A stretch of DNA of 64,000 nucleotides from Candidatus Bathyarchaeota archaeon (GCA_963775685.1 CAVZJV010000014.1:2208001-2272000); one strand, 5' to 3'; numbered from the stretch's first letter, positions 1-10,704 are shown. Numbers and translations: made by a program. The notes: a model not told the origin generated them from the sequence alone.

Positions 1-368
1 ACCAAAAAGGAGAGGTGCAAGCTATCGGCGGTGTAAACGAGAAAATCGAAGGCTTCTTTGAAGTCTGCAAAGCCAAAGGATTAACTGGCGAGCAAGGCGT
101 AGTGATTCCTGAAAGCAACGTGCAGAACCTAATGCTTAAAGAAGAAGTCGTTGACGCGGTTAAAGCCGGAAAGTTCAACGTTTACTCGATTAAAACAATC
201 AACGAAGGTATCGAAGTTCTTACTGGAGCAAAGGCTGGCGAGCGCAGGGCAGATGGAACCTACGAAGAAGGCACAGTTAATTACCTAGTGGACAAGCAGC
301 TTCGCGAGATGGCGGAAAAACTAAAAGAATACCCCCCTTCGACAGGACAGACTAAAAAGATTGAGTAA
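1..368 (+). CDS. Lon-like ATP-dependent protease (S16), C-terminal proteolytic domain, 5'-truncated by window edge
   Basis: GEVQAIGGVNEKIEGFF and QGVVIPESNVQNLML are typical Lon protease C-domain motifs; followed by a T-rich tract. Confidence 0.88.
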   Translation, partial: QKGEVQAIGGVNEKIEGFFEVCKAKGLTGEQGVVIPESNVQNLMLKEEVVDAVKAGKFNVYSIKTINEGIEVLTGAKAGERRADGTYEEGTVNYLVDKQLREMAEKLKEYPPSTGQTKKIE

Positions 369-810
369 GCAAAAAATTTTAGACCCCTTCCTTTTTTATT
401 GATTTTCAATCTTTATTCTAATAAATCAAACCTTATTGTCAATCAGCATGGTAATAAATGGTTACAAATTTGTACAAAAAACGCCTCGCAAACGTAGCAA
501 AGGATAGTCATTACTTCTACCTGTGCTCATTTTCATTGGCTTAATTGGGTGGCTAATGTACACTTAGGTAACCCCGAAAAGCCACAAGCATCCCGAAAAA
601 CACCCAAAAATGACAACGTGCCCCTGTTGCCCATTTTCGGTGAACAACAAGAAATAAATGTACATAACATAACACAACAAGGAACCACTAATTCTTATCA
701 TTCGCCAATTTTAAAGGCAGACTCGGATTCAGAGCTCGCATGCTTGTTGCTACACGAGCACACCCACAACTTCATTTATAGTCGGAAAATAATTGTTATC
801 TTGCGAGAAA

Positions 811-958
811 TAGCCATCCAAGAGGTACACCCATGCTTGACGGGTCAGCTGTTAACCACGACGCGAGTCGTTTCTGCCCCTAAAGAAGGATTAGGGAGCT
901 ATTTTTGATTCGCGCCTTAGGGTAACATTGGCGATCCGTCAAGCCTACTTTTGGTTAC
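811..958 (+). ncRNA. Candidate rod-shaped non-coding RNA (~145 nt)
   Basis: Five nested helices: 818-827/946-954, 835-846/933-944, 850-857/921-927, 862-869/907-914, 878-883/891-896; G-U wobbles work on the + strand; TTTATA box at 775-780. Confidence 0.5.
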
Positions 959-1036
959 AACGTTCAAACATAATATAGTCGGTTTCGGGTATATAATTTA
1001 TTAAGGAAGATGCTCTGCTGTCTTGCGTGAGCATCT

Positions 1037-1390
1037 TTGAGTTATAAAGAACGTATGCATCCTAAAGTCAGTAGAGCAGAAATCGAAGTTTTCAAATCTT
1101 TAAGCATGTTAGGATTAACCAGTGGTATGGTTACACAGCAACACATTATCTTAAAATCCACAATTCCTGACTTTTGCTGGATGGAAAAACGCAAAATCGT
1201 CTACTTAGATGGTAACCCAGTGCATAGAAAAGACAAACAAATTGAACGCGACGAAGAAATCGACAACCTCCTAACCTCACAAGGCTGGGATGTACTCAGA
1301 ATTCCATATGACCCGCCTTTAACAGATAAAGGGTTGCAAGAAATTATGGTAACCATAAAACGGTTTTTGAATGTTGACGAGGAAGAATGA
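1037..1390 (+). CDS. DUF559/Vsr-like PD-(D/E)XK endonuclease domain protein
   Basis: SRAE...PDF...YLDG..H...ERD...L..QGWDVLRI pattern typical of DUF559. Confidence 0.75.
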   Translation: MSYKERMHPKVSRAEIEVFKSLSMLGLTSGMVTQQHIILKSTIPDFCWMEKRKIVYLDGNPVHRKDKQIERDEEIDNLLTSQGWDVLRIPYDPPLTDKGLQEIMVTIKRFLNVDEEE

Positions 1391-1883
1391 GCAGAATTAT
1401 TTCCTCTAAACATGAAACTCGCAAGGCGAACGGTAAAATTAATTCCTGACTTTCACCTATTCCGTGCGCTTTTGAAACGCTGCCAAGAAAGAATCTCAAA
1501 ACAGAAAAAGGAAAGAATATCTTGAAAATATTGCAAACTTATTGAAAAGATCTACAACCAAAAACTACTTCAACTTTCTTTCGGGTTATGCTGTTAACAT
1601 ATTGTCCAAAAACCCCACGGGCTTCATTAATCAAGATTTAAGCAATAGCTCATAAATTCCCAGAAAAACCCCGAACTTTAAAAGGCGCCGGGTGGGTTCA
1701 TTTCAATTGCAAAAGTGGTCCACGGCTCAAAAGGGCAAGTAAAGCTCGACATAAATGGAGTCCAAAAATAATCTCCTCCTCTGACAAGTTTAACCAAAAA
1801 ACAGTTTTTGGTTACGCTTAAACTCGCAGCTGTCATTTTGTTATAGGAACGACAAGTTTTAAATCCTAAATGGAATGGTTACA

Positions 1884-2085
1884 TCAGTAATCTTCTTAGG
1901 GGAACAATTGTCGAAATTACCTTTTGATGAAATCAATTGCCCAAGTCATTGTTGATGTGGGATTTCCAATAAAATCTAAGCTACCGTCAAGTTCGCTTGG
2001 CGATTTGGGTGTTGCTGAGGGAGAAGTTGTTTATGTGCAATTCAAGGGTAGGCACTTTGAATGTATCTCTTTAAAACAATTTTGA
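1884..2085 (+). pseudogene. TOBE-domain fragment (molybdate/tungstate-type ABC ATPase C-terminus)
   Basis: Manual translation NLLRGTIVEIT / MKSIAQVIVDVGFPIKSKLPSSSLGDLGVAEGEVVYVQFKG; frame break near 1925; no ATPase domain upstream. Confidence 0.55.
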
Positions 2086-2901
2086 GTTGTAATAGTAAAA
2101 CAATCTTGTATTGCCTGCTTTTTGAAATTAATAATCAATAGCGTGATTCGGGGTGTGTTCTTTTTAATTTAGGCTGTTCTAATTAGTAGAAGAAGAAGGT
2201 TGATGGGGGCGCTTCTTCTTCTTTCAGTTAACTGGTTGCTTCTGATTTGGTCAGGAGAACAATAATGTGCTACCGACTGTTGTTGTTATTTTGTAAGTTC
2301 TGAAATAGATTGAAAGAAGAAAGGGGTATGTTGCAGGAATTTAGCTGTTTTTTTCTTCTATTATTTTATTGCCTTGCTATAGATAATGAGTGATCGGCAT
2401 TCTGGGTTTACAACTCCAATTTATGGTCTATTTCTCCCCTTCGCAAAAGTAGTTATTTCCAAGAGACATTCTTGCTTCTTGACTAAGGCTCATTTTCTTC
2501 CACGTACAATAGTTAGAGTAGCAATCAGTTCATAGCACACATCGCTACTTTTCCTCAGAGGCTAAATAAATCAGCACCGAATGGAGATTACACGCGTTGC
2601 AGTGAGATTGTTTAAAATTTTGGGAATATCGCCCCTAAGTGTTTTTATGAATCACAGATTTTACAACAGTTGTGCAGTAGCAATGTTTGCATTGTGAATA
2701 TGCGTCACATATTTCACAATTTGTATGAACAATTCTCAACTACCTTCTTATCCTCTCGCGTCCATTCAGCGGTTAGGAACGTGTGCAAATGAAAAAAACC
2801 TTCGGAAAGGAAACCAACTTTAAAAAAATTTGCCAAAAAAATAGCGAATCGCTAACAAACAGAAAAAACTAAAAGGATACTTGTTTGCTTACTTCTTTAA
2901 T

Positions 2902-3679
2902 TCAACCCTTTCTCTTCTTCCCTTTGCTTGTCATTGCTTTTATTCCAATCGCAATAGTTTTGGTCTTTCCAATTAGACCACCTTTTAAACTGGCATTAGT
3001 CATATTCCTGTAATCGTTTTTAGATATTGGGACATCACTGATAGTTTGCATTATTTCAGGAGATACAACTCCAATCGTGAGCTCGGCACCAGCTTGTCTA
3101 ACTGCCTCAATATTGTGATCAAATAAATAGGGAACATTCGCTGCTCCAGCAGAGGGTATCAGAATTTCGCCAGCCCACGGTAATCCCATATTCATCATAA
3201 TTTTCTTGAAATGTTGACTCATTAACGTAAAATTCTCCATATCTGGGAAACCACAGGAGGAAACTAACACACCTTTTGCCTTAGGTGTAAACCCGATGGG
3301 GGTGATTAGTAATTCCGTTATCCATTAAAAACTGTGAAGATTCCAAGTTTATGAAGAACCGATCTATGACGTTTTTCACTGTGGCTGGAAAACCAAAAAC
3401 ATACACAGGTGCCGCAATTATGAAGTAATCACACCTTTTGTAAATGTCATAAATTAGTTGAAAATCGTCTTTCTGGATACATTCCCCTTTGTTTTTTCCT
3501 TGCCAGCACCTCCCACAGCTTGTGCAGGGTCCAATTTTCATCTTATGCGGATAAAACTTGTGAACTTCCATTTCACCCATTCCTTCAAGCAAGGTGTCTA
3601 ATATTTTCTCGGTAAAAGATTGGCTTCTCAGAGAGCCTGAAATTACCAAAACTGTCGGTTTCTTTTTGTTAGACATCAT
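2902..3679 (-). CDS. Flavodoxin family / NADPH-dependent FMN reductase (iron-sulfur flavoprotein-like), split by one frameshift near 3290
   Basis: ISGSLR, CTSCGRCW, C...DD, APVYVFGFPATVKNVIDR; continues as VLVSSCGFPD in another frame. Confidence 0.8.
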
Positions 3680-4049
3680 TGATCACAACTCCATTTTAGG
3701 TCAATTTGTCTTTTCAAACGTCTTTAGCCATTAGCAAAGTACCTTTTCTTCAATAAATAAGAGTTACATCTTAAATGGAGCCCCATAAGGGAACCAAACC
3801 CTATCCACCATGTCAAAAATTGAACTGGGGATGGCTTTTGAGTTGAAGTACGTTATCTAACCTGTTAGGGCTCGAACAGGTTGTCAGCTTTTTCCAAGAT
3901 TCTGCAGGTTGCAAATCACAAATTTGAAATAACGTCAAATATATCACTTTAGACAAATAATCTCAAAAACAACCCTAACTGGTAATTGTCGCCGGGGAGT
4001 GGGATCCCAGCACCCTTTTTACCAGTAAAATTAATTTCAAGAAAGTCTA

Positions 4050-4110
4050 CTGGGATTAGCTTAATATTTTAAGCGAATCTTGTTCAAAACAGACACAAAA
4101 TTAATGTTGA
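4050..4110 (+). repeat. Imperfect direct repeat, copy 1 (copy 2 at 6004-6060)
   Basis: CTGGGAT..GCTTAA..TTAAGCGAATC..TTCAA..AGACACAAAATT shared by both copies. Confidence 0.6.
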
Positions 4111-4298
4111 GGCCACAGGGGGCATACCAAAACGGGGCTCAGCTCTATCGCCAATTTATCAGAGCTTCGCAAGCCCAACTGCTACAAAAAATAGATAAAT
4201 CCAGCTTCAAAACAAAAAAAGTTAGGAAACGAACATGTAGAACTGCATTTCGGAATGCTTTTTTCAGAAAGTTTGCACAGAGTGTGTCCAGCACGGAA

Positions 4299-4586
4299 TC
4301 AGCTGAATTTGGGAAATCTGACTTTTCCAACATACTGGAGAATCCATTTTACAAGCTCATCGTAGGTGTCAACTCCAAGCTTTGTAAGGGAGGCGTCATC
4401 GTTTGAATCGAACTGAATTAATCCCTTATCTGACATCCAAGTCAGATACTTTATCAGCCGGTCATAGGACAAACCTGTAGCTGTGGCAAGAGCAGTTTTG
4501 TTTGTTTTGCTCTGTTCTTTTAGGGTTTTAATTACCCTTGCCAGGACATAGAGGTCAGGCTTTGAAATCGACTCTCCTGAATTCAC
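4299..4586 (-). CDS. Winged helix-turn-helix DNA-binding protein
   Basis: KTALATATGLSYDRLIKYLTWMSDKGLI...LTKLG is an archaeal wHTH pattern; overlaps the upstream gene; start uncertain. Confidence 0.75.
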   Translation of the reverse strand: MNSGESISKPDLYVLARVIKTLKEQSKTNKTALATATGLSYDRLIKYLTWMSDKGLIQFDSNDDASLTKLGVDTYDELVKWILQYVGKVRFPKFS

Positions 4587-5223
4587 TGTCAAACCACCGA
4601 AGCTCCCACAGAAGCGAGTCAAGACGCCCAACCTGTGCATAACGATAACGAAGGTCTTTCATGCTTAGAATCAAAACAAGAACCAGAGGAATCACAACCA
4701 TCGAAATTGGGTCGAAACTCAAATGAACTGTATTTTGAATCACCCCTACCAAAACACCGAAGAAAAAGAAGACCAATACCCAGTAAGCAAGTATCTTCAC
4801 GGCTCCATAAATTACGAACCCAAGTTTTGCAAACCTTATATCGCTAAAGGTTTTTTCCCAGTTTGTTTCTTGCAGAAGCTTTATTGCACCCGGCGTTCCG
4901 TCATCCAATGTGCTTTTCCACTGCATAATTATTACGGAACTCAATTTCCGTCGAACCCATAAAACTCCAAAAATCACTCCAAAAAAAAGAACTACTGCAC
5001 TGTAAGAAGGAAGCACAAGTGAAATTCCCGGATAAACAATGCTTTGCCCATAAAAAACATCCAGTAAGTTAACGATGATGTATCCTGCCTCTAAAGCAAT
5101 TATCGAAGCTAAAACTATTATTACAAAATCCGACATGGCACTAGAGAGTTTTCGGTAGGCTTTAACCTGATCCAACACGGTCATGAACTCAGTCATTTTG
5201 GCTGTAAGGTTCTCTTCTGTCAA
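4555..5223 (-). CDS. Hypothetical integral membrane protein (about 4 TM)
   Basis: 222-aa ORF with hydrophobic segments; start overlaps upstream stop. Confidence 0.7.
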   Translation of the reverse strand: MTEENLTAKMTEFMTVLDQVKAYRKLSSAMSDFVIIVLASIIALEAGYIIVNLLDVFYGQSIVYPGISLVLPSYSAVVLFFGVIFGVLWVRRKLSSVIIMQWKSTLDDGTPGAIKLLQETNWEKTFSDIRFAKLGFVIYGAVKILAYWVLVFFFFGVLVGVIQNTVHLSFDPISMVVIPLVLVLILSMKDLRYRYAQVGRLDSLLWELRWFDSEFRRVDFKA

Positions 5224-5720
5224 AGTTCCACACCGTACCCTTGAATGCTAACTTGAGCGTTTCCTTGAACAAGAAACCAGTAGACTGAAATTCCTACCGA
5301 GGATCCCGTGTAAGTTTGATATTGAGAAAGGACCTGTTGGAAGGTGGTGCTGCTGTTTGATACGAACTCTACATCTATTGGATGATTATTTGAAATGTTA
5401 ATGCCTTCAGTTTGAAGAGCAAAGCTTCCTGTATTTGACCCAGTCCTTGGTAGGATAACGGAGAATTTATAGTGCGTCATTGCAGGTACATTAGTTGAGG
5501 TTCCGTTTGGAAATATCAGCGTCGTATTAGATTGTCTATTGATGACTTGGGCGAATATGTCAATTTCAACCCTAAGATGAGCGTTGGCTGCCTTTGAAAT
5601 CACCACGGTAGTTGAGTCACCTGCCCAAGTGTTAACATCAAGAGAGTGAAAGGAAGATAGAACGGCTACTTGGCTAGACACAATAATAATTAATGCCAAG
5701 AGCAGCCAGAGTTTTTTCAT
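5220..5720 (-). CDS. Hypothetical secreted/membrane-anchored beta-rich protein
   Basis: N-terminal MKK plus hydrophobic signal; first gene of a 3-gene unit. Confidence 0.65.
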   Translation of the reverse strand: MKKLWLLLALIIIVSSQVAVLSSFHSLDVNTWAGDSTTVVISKAANAHLRVEIDIFAQVINRQSNTTLIFPNGTSTNVPAMTHYKFSVILPRTGSNTGSFALQTEGINISNNHPIDVEFVSNSSTTFQQVLSQYQTYTGSSVGISVYWFLVQGNAQVSIQGYGVEL

Positions 5721-6003
5721 GAATCCTATTAATGGGGCTGTGAATATAAGGGAAACTCACCCTCGAAGAGTATGTTAACCGCGTTTTGCCCAAGCACTGT
5801 TCAGGAGTATTTTCATACGGAGGCTGCTGTAGTGAGTTAATCTTAAAAATAGTGTGGTTATTAAGCTCAAGATTTGGACAACCATATTATGCTCATAACA
5901 TGACTCCTGAAAATGGTCTAACTCTTGGGCACACTATCAAAAAGCGAGAACAAGCATGCGCTATGTAGGATGCGCCTAATGGAAAAGAAATAGAACGGAC
6001 CCG

Positions 6004-6060
6004 CTGGGATGCGCTTAAATTATTAAGCGAATCCTTTCAAAGACACAAAATTGCTGGTGA
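6004..6060 (+). repeat. Imperfect direct repeat, copy 2 (copy 1 at 4050-4110)
   Basis: Shares TTAAGCGAATC and AGACACAAAATT blocks with copy 1. Confidence 0.6.
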
Positions 6061-6609
6061 AGCAGAAGGACCGAATAACAAAACGAGCCTATCATGCGTT
6101 ATGTTATCAATAGATAATATCTGTTAAAGGCGAGAGTTCGAACCAAAGATCTGTCTCGCTTTAGGTTTTAATACTGTTAAATAAGCACATTAAAGATAGT
6201 TGTTTTCAGATGAAGCCAAAGAATCCCGAGAATTAACAAGCATTTGGAAAAAGAGTTTGGCGAACATGTTGCGGAGCAGAGAGGCTGTCTCTGGGCTAAG
6301 GGCAAGCTTTGGCGTAGCGGTTTACAAGGTATCCGAGAAGGATTTGATGGTTGAAGGTATTGCTCTGAATAGAACTTCTGAGGAGGAGTTCTAGCTGAGT
6401 GTGAGCGACAGATTCTACGGTTGCACGCTGAGGGCTTAAGTATTATCGGATTGCGCGTAAATTGAATATGGAAATGCCTAATGTCAAGCGTTCTAGAAAG
6501 AATGCTTTAAAGAAACTTGAACTCGCAAGGGCTGATTTAGAGTTTTTCGACTGCACCAAATCAAAGCGGTTTCGAACGTAAGCCATTTAATGGTTTCCTA
6601 TAGCCGCGG

Positions 6610-7043
6610 TTACTGATGTTTTGTCTTAGCTACAGATCCCCAAATAAGCAATAGAGTGGCTGCAATGAGCACTAAGCCTGACAAACCTGCCATCACTCCA
6701 TCCGCGATGGGGCTTTTGCCTGCATATTGATGTGCCAACCCTGCGATGGTGGCGCCGAGGGTAGATCCGAATGCCACTGTGGCTGCGGCTCCATTTCCCA
6801 AACTTGGTAATCGAAATGAAATAATTACCGCTAATACCGTGATTGTAAGCAACAGTATCTTTGCAAGGGCATGGAAAACCAAGAATCCAAAGTCATAGGG
6901 GATGCCTGCAACCCTTTGATCCGCTAGCAGTGATCCTGATGCAATCTCCATTGCTAAGAAAACGATGATTGGAATTGATAAGATTCGAAGACTTTTACTT
7001 TTCGGTTGATCTCCCTTAAGCTCTTTTGAATGTCCTCATTCAT
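6610..7043 (-). CDS. Hypothetical membrane protein divergent from TetR (N-terminal frame break)
   Basis: Several hydrophobic helices; upstream ATG at 7043 in another frame. Confidence 0.55.
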
Positions 7044-7063
7044 AACGATTACCCTAATTTTCA

Positions 7064-7100
7064 TATTAACCTTGATTTACTATATTAACCTTAGTTTAAT
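7064..7100. promoter_or_regulatory. Putative TetR operator between divergent genes
   Basis: TATTAACCTT occurs twice; ATTAACCTTAGTTTAAT is near-palindromic. Confidence 0.4.
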
Positions 7101-7191
7101 TAGTTGGGCGTGAAGGGAAGACATATAGAAGAAGAAATGTTTGTATTTGTCAACATAGGAAGAATCGCCTTTCTTAGTCTAAGAGAGATTA

Positions 7192-7775
7192 ATGATGCCT
7201 CGAATAATTGCTAATTATAAGAGTCAAGCAAAAGCACTATTATTGAAGCAGGACTAGCTGAATTCTCAAAGCGAGGTTATCGGAATACAACGATGGAGGA
7301 AATCGCAAACAAGGTAGGAGTAACAAAGGGGAACCTATATCACTATTTTCCTAGCAAGCTAGCTCTTCTTCGCGAAATATTCTTAACACTGCAGCAAGGT
7401 TTTCTCCAATCTCTTCTTGAAGGCTTAGTTAAAGCTGACTCTTTGGAGGCACTGATAGGTGCTGTCGAGCGAATTCTGGACAAGCAGAATCCTAGTGCCG
7501 AAGTCAATCTTTGGTTCGACCTGTTGGCTGAATCTACAGACGATTCGGAGGTAGAAACCCTCTTGAGAACGTTAAATGATGAATATCTGCAAGCGGTGAA
7601 GATGGCACTATCTCGTTTTCCTAAATCATCCAATTCTGGTTCGAACTCCTACGACTTTGCAATGTCAATTATGTTTCTACTTCATGGCGTGCTAGTAAAC
7701 ATTAAATTGGGCACACCTCGCGAGGCGATTCGAGGCACCCTTCGGGAAGGGATAAGGTCCATTCTGAGCTGCTGA
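7192..7775 (+). CDS. TetR/AcrR family transcriptional regulator (frameshift near 7235)
   Basis: MPRII...F...GY.NTTMEEIANKVGVTKGNLYHYFPSK is a TetR HTH. Confidence 0.85.
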
Positions 7776-8171
7776 GTTTACCCATATTCGCACTTCAGCC
7801 CCCACGAATTCTGGCAACCTTCAGTATCGTTGTATGTCGTGTTTGCGATAGAATCGTGTTTAGGCTCTCAAGCCATTAATGCTTAGTTTTGGATAATTTT
7901 TGCGATTTAGGGCTATATAATTGTGTGGCTGAGGTTGTAAGTAATATTCCTGGATGCATAGCCAGGAGTCGGCTTAGACAAACGGCAATTAAATAAACCT
8001 TACTGAAAAAGAGTAAGCTTTAATCTTAACTTTAGCATAAATCAATTCCTGCTCATTTTAAGGTGGTTTGCTTTTTCGAAGATTTTATATGTAATAAATC
8101 GCCGATCGGAAATAACTTCAAATATGTCAATTTTAGGCAGAATAAAATCAAAATAGCCATTGCTGGTAAAT

Positions 8172-8285
8172 TGGCGCCGGGAGGGGGATTTGAACCCCCG
8201 TGGCCCCGAGAGGCCACAAGCTGATTGGTGTCCTTTCAAAAGGACATCTCCAGGCTTGCTCCCTGCCTGGCTAGGAGACCCCGGC
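8172..8285 (-). tRNA. tRNA-Ser(GGA) with ~25-nt intron at canonical position 37/38, CCA encoded
   Basis: GCCGGGG acceptor stem, anticodon stem CAAGC/GCTTG around CT-GGA-G, intron ATGTCCTTTTGAAAGGACACCAATC, long variable arm, GGTTCAAATCC T-loop. Confidence 0.92.
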
Positions 8286-8440
8286 ACAAAGATGAATATG
8301 CTTGGTTTGCACCTTTTCTCTGACCTTAGCACAATTTAAAGTTTTATCGTAAATGCTTTCGTTCTGTGCAGTTTATTGTCTTAGCGTTTAAACAAGCAGT
8401 TGGGGAATAAATTACATTTTGTTTACTAACAAACTAACCG

Positions 8441-10225
8441 CTAAACTCCGCCCCAGAACAGTGTCTTCTTCCGCATGAGCGCAATGTACTCTTTGAGGAC
8501 ATCCTGCTCTTCAATTGTCAAATCATCCAAATGCGCAGTCAATAATTTTTTCGCATCAGCCTCAGGCACCTTCACAAACAAAACATCTCGTTCAAAAACG
8601 TGCCTTCCGGCAACGGGTTTATCCATAGAAACCGCTACTTGCGCCCCAACTTTGGCTTCACCAACAGCCTTGCCTTTGTCTTGGACCTGCTGGACCTCCC
8701 CTAAATCGCTACTATCCTCAGCGCGCAATAGCCCAACGCGCGGTTTAATGCGGCCGCCCAAAACTTCTACACCAAAGATTGCTGGTTTAGCTCGACGGAA
8801 TATGCAGTTTGGCAGCACCATAAGTTTTCCCGGTTTGACGAGTGCTTCGAATTCTTGTTCGCTTTTTGTTTCACGTTTGTTCTTAACCCATTCAAGGTAC
8901 TTGTCGATTAGGTTGTAGATGATGGGTTCTTTAAAGATTGGAACGTTGCTCGCGGCCGCTTCTGTTTCTGCATCGGGCAAGGTTTTTACGCCAAAGGCCA
9001 AAATTGCACCAACCAAAGGTTCCCGCGTTTTTACCACCGAAGCCTCAATAACGTCGCGTTTGCTGATGTCACCGATGTCCGCGATTCGTACTTGTACATT
9101 GTTGGCTTTTAGGATTTCAGCCATAGCCTCTAAAGAACCCAGCGTGTCAGCTTTAACGATGACGCCTTCAATTTCTTTGGCAATTCTGATTCTGCCAATT
9201 TCTTCGGTGATGAGATTGCAGTACTTTGCGGGGTCTTCGCCTGAGGGCACAGCAAACAAGGGTGCACCAGCCAGCGCTCCTTCTAAACCTGGAGCAACAA
9301 TTTTCACACCCGCTGACGCATATACGCACTCGACGCTGGTGAATTTGTCGCGAGGGTCACGCATTTCATCGAGCGGTTTTGGCACTAAAATTGTTCTAAT
9401 GCGGGCGGAAATGGGGCCTTCTCGTCCACCAATGACGATTAAATCGTCTTTGTGTAATGTACCATCGTAAACGATGGCGTTTAGGGTTAAGCCTAAACCT
9501 GGCTCTTCCTTTACTTCTAAAATTGAGCCTTTCGCTGCACCCTCAGTGGTTTGCAGACGCTTCTTGAGGAACTGCTGGGTTAACCCAACCAAAACCATGA
9601 CCAACTCGGACAATCCTTCACCCGTTTTCGCACTGGTTGGAACCAAGGCAATGTTGACAGTGAAGTCTCGGATATGGTCAAAGCGGTCGGTTTTGAAGTT
9701 TAAGCGGCTGAATTCACCCATGACTTGGTAGAGTCGGTTGTTGAAGTCTTCCTGAACAAAACTATTCTGCATCGAATACGACTGCAAGAAAGGCGTCGAT
9801 TGCTGAGGCTTCCAACCTGGGATGCGGTCGATTTTGTTGACTGCAACAATGAAGGGTGTCTTGCGCGCCTTGAGGATTTCTATGCACTCAAAAGTTTGTG
9901 CTTCAAAACCTTTGAGAATGTCTACGACGAGGATGGCTATGTCGGCGACGCTTCCGCCTCTGCGCCTCAAATTCGTGAACGCTTCATGCCCTGGTGTGTC
10001 AACGATGAGCAAACCTGGGATTTCAATGCCTGTTTTAAAATTAGACATGTATGGACCGATGAGTTGTTTGAGAGTTTCTATGGGGAAAAAGCTTGCGCCG
10101 ATATGCTGTGTCATTCCCCCGGCTTCACGTGCTTGAACACTGGTTTTTCTGAGTTCATCTAGAAGCGAAGTTTTGCCTGTATCTACATGTCCAAGAACAC
10201 AGACTATAGGTTGGCGCGTGGGCAT
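8441..10225 (-). CDS. infB: Translation initiation factor aIF5B (IF-2)
   Basis: RQPIVCVLGHVDTGKT, DTPGHEAFTNLRRRGGS, NKID, KADTLGSLEA. Confidence 0.97.
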   Translation of the reverse strand: MPTRQPIVCVLGHVDTGKTSLLDELRKTSVQAREAGGMTQHIGASFFPIETLKQLIGPYMSNFKTGIEIPGLLIVDTPGHEAFTNLRRRGGSVADIAILVVDILKGFEAQTFECIEILKARKTPFIVAVNKIDRIPGWKPQQSTPFLQSYSMQNSFVQEDFNNRLYQVMGEFSRLNFKTDRFDHIRDFTVNIALVPTSAKTGEGLSELVMVLVGLTQQFLKKRLQTTEGAAKGSILEVKEEPGLGLTLNAIVYDGTLHKDDLIVIGGREGPISARIRTILVPKPLDEMRDPRDKFTSVECVYASAGVKIVAPGLEGALAGAPLFAVPSGEDPAKYCNLITEEIGRIRIAKEIEGVIVKADTLGSLEAMAEILKANNVQVRIADIGDISKRDVIEASVVKTREPLVGAILAFGVKTLPDAETEAAASNVPIFKEPIIYNLIDKYLEWVKNKRETKSEQEFEALVKPGKLMVLPNCIFRRAKPAIFGVEVLGGRIKPRVGLLRAEDSSDLGEVQQVQDKGKAVGEAKVGAQVAVSMDKPVAGRHVFERDVLFVKVPEADAKKLLTAHLDDLTIEEQDVLKEYIALMRKKTLFWGGV

Positions 10226-10381
10226 CTGGTTTTTCTCCTTAATAATCGATGATTGGTTGAATTGTTATGAGTGTGGATTAATAAATACTCTTTTTATCTG
10301 CATTGTGCCTTTGTTTGTATAGTTTTAGCTCTGTCAGGTAAGGTTTTTATTTTGTCAGGTGTTTTCTGGTTTGGAGATTGG

Positions 10382-10699
10382 TTGCCTTATTGCGTCAAGT
10401 GTGGATCTTTACTGATTGACGGGGACAAGTTTTGTACGATTTGCGGTGCAACGGTTCCCCAGTTTTCGCATGAGGAATACACGGTTTCTGGCAGCAACCT
10501 GATTGAACGCGTAAGGGAGTTGTTGCGTGAGGGAAATGTGACGCGTGTAATCGTTAAAAACGAGGGAGATAAAACTTTGCTTCAGATCCCTGCAACGGTG
10601 GGTATGGTTGGGGTAGTTTTGGCTCCTTGGTTGACCGCTTTAGGAGTTATTGCAGCTTTACTTGCAAACTGCAGAATTATAGTTGAAAGAAGAGAATAG
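10382..10699 (+). CDS. Zinc-ribbon plus DUF4342 domain protein
   Basis: YCVKCG...FCTICG; LIERVRELLREGNVTRVIVK...CRIIVER is DUF4342-like; TTG start with GGAG upstream. Confidence 0.8.
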   Translation: MPYCVKCGSLLIDGDKFCTICGATVPQFSHEEYTVSGSNLIERVRELLREGNVTRVIVKNEGDKTLLQIPATVGMVGVVLAPWLTALGVIAALLANCRIIVERRE

Positions 10700-10704
10700 G
10701 GAGT

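Noticed and set aside
549-908. 119-aa ORF
   Set aside because: No recognisable motif or SD; overlaps the better-supported structured RNA candidate
8475-10162. Long antisense ORFs opposite aIF5B, and similar shadows opposite other core genes
   Set aside because: Codon-bias shadows of real genes
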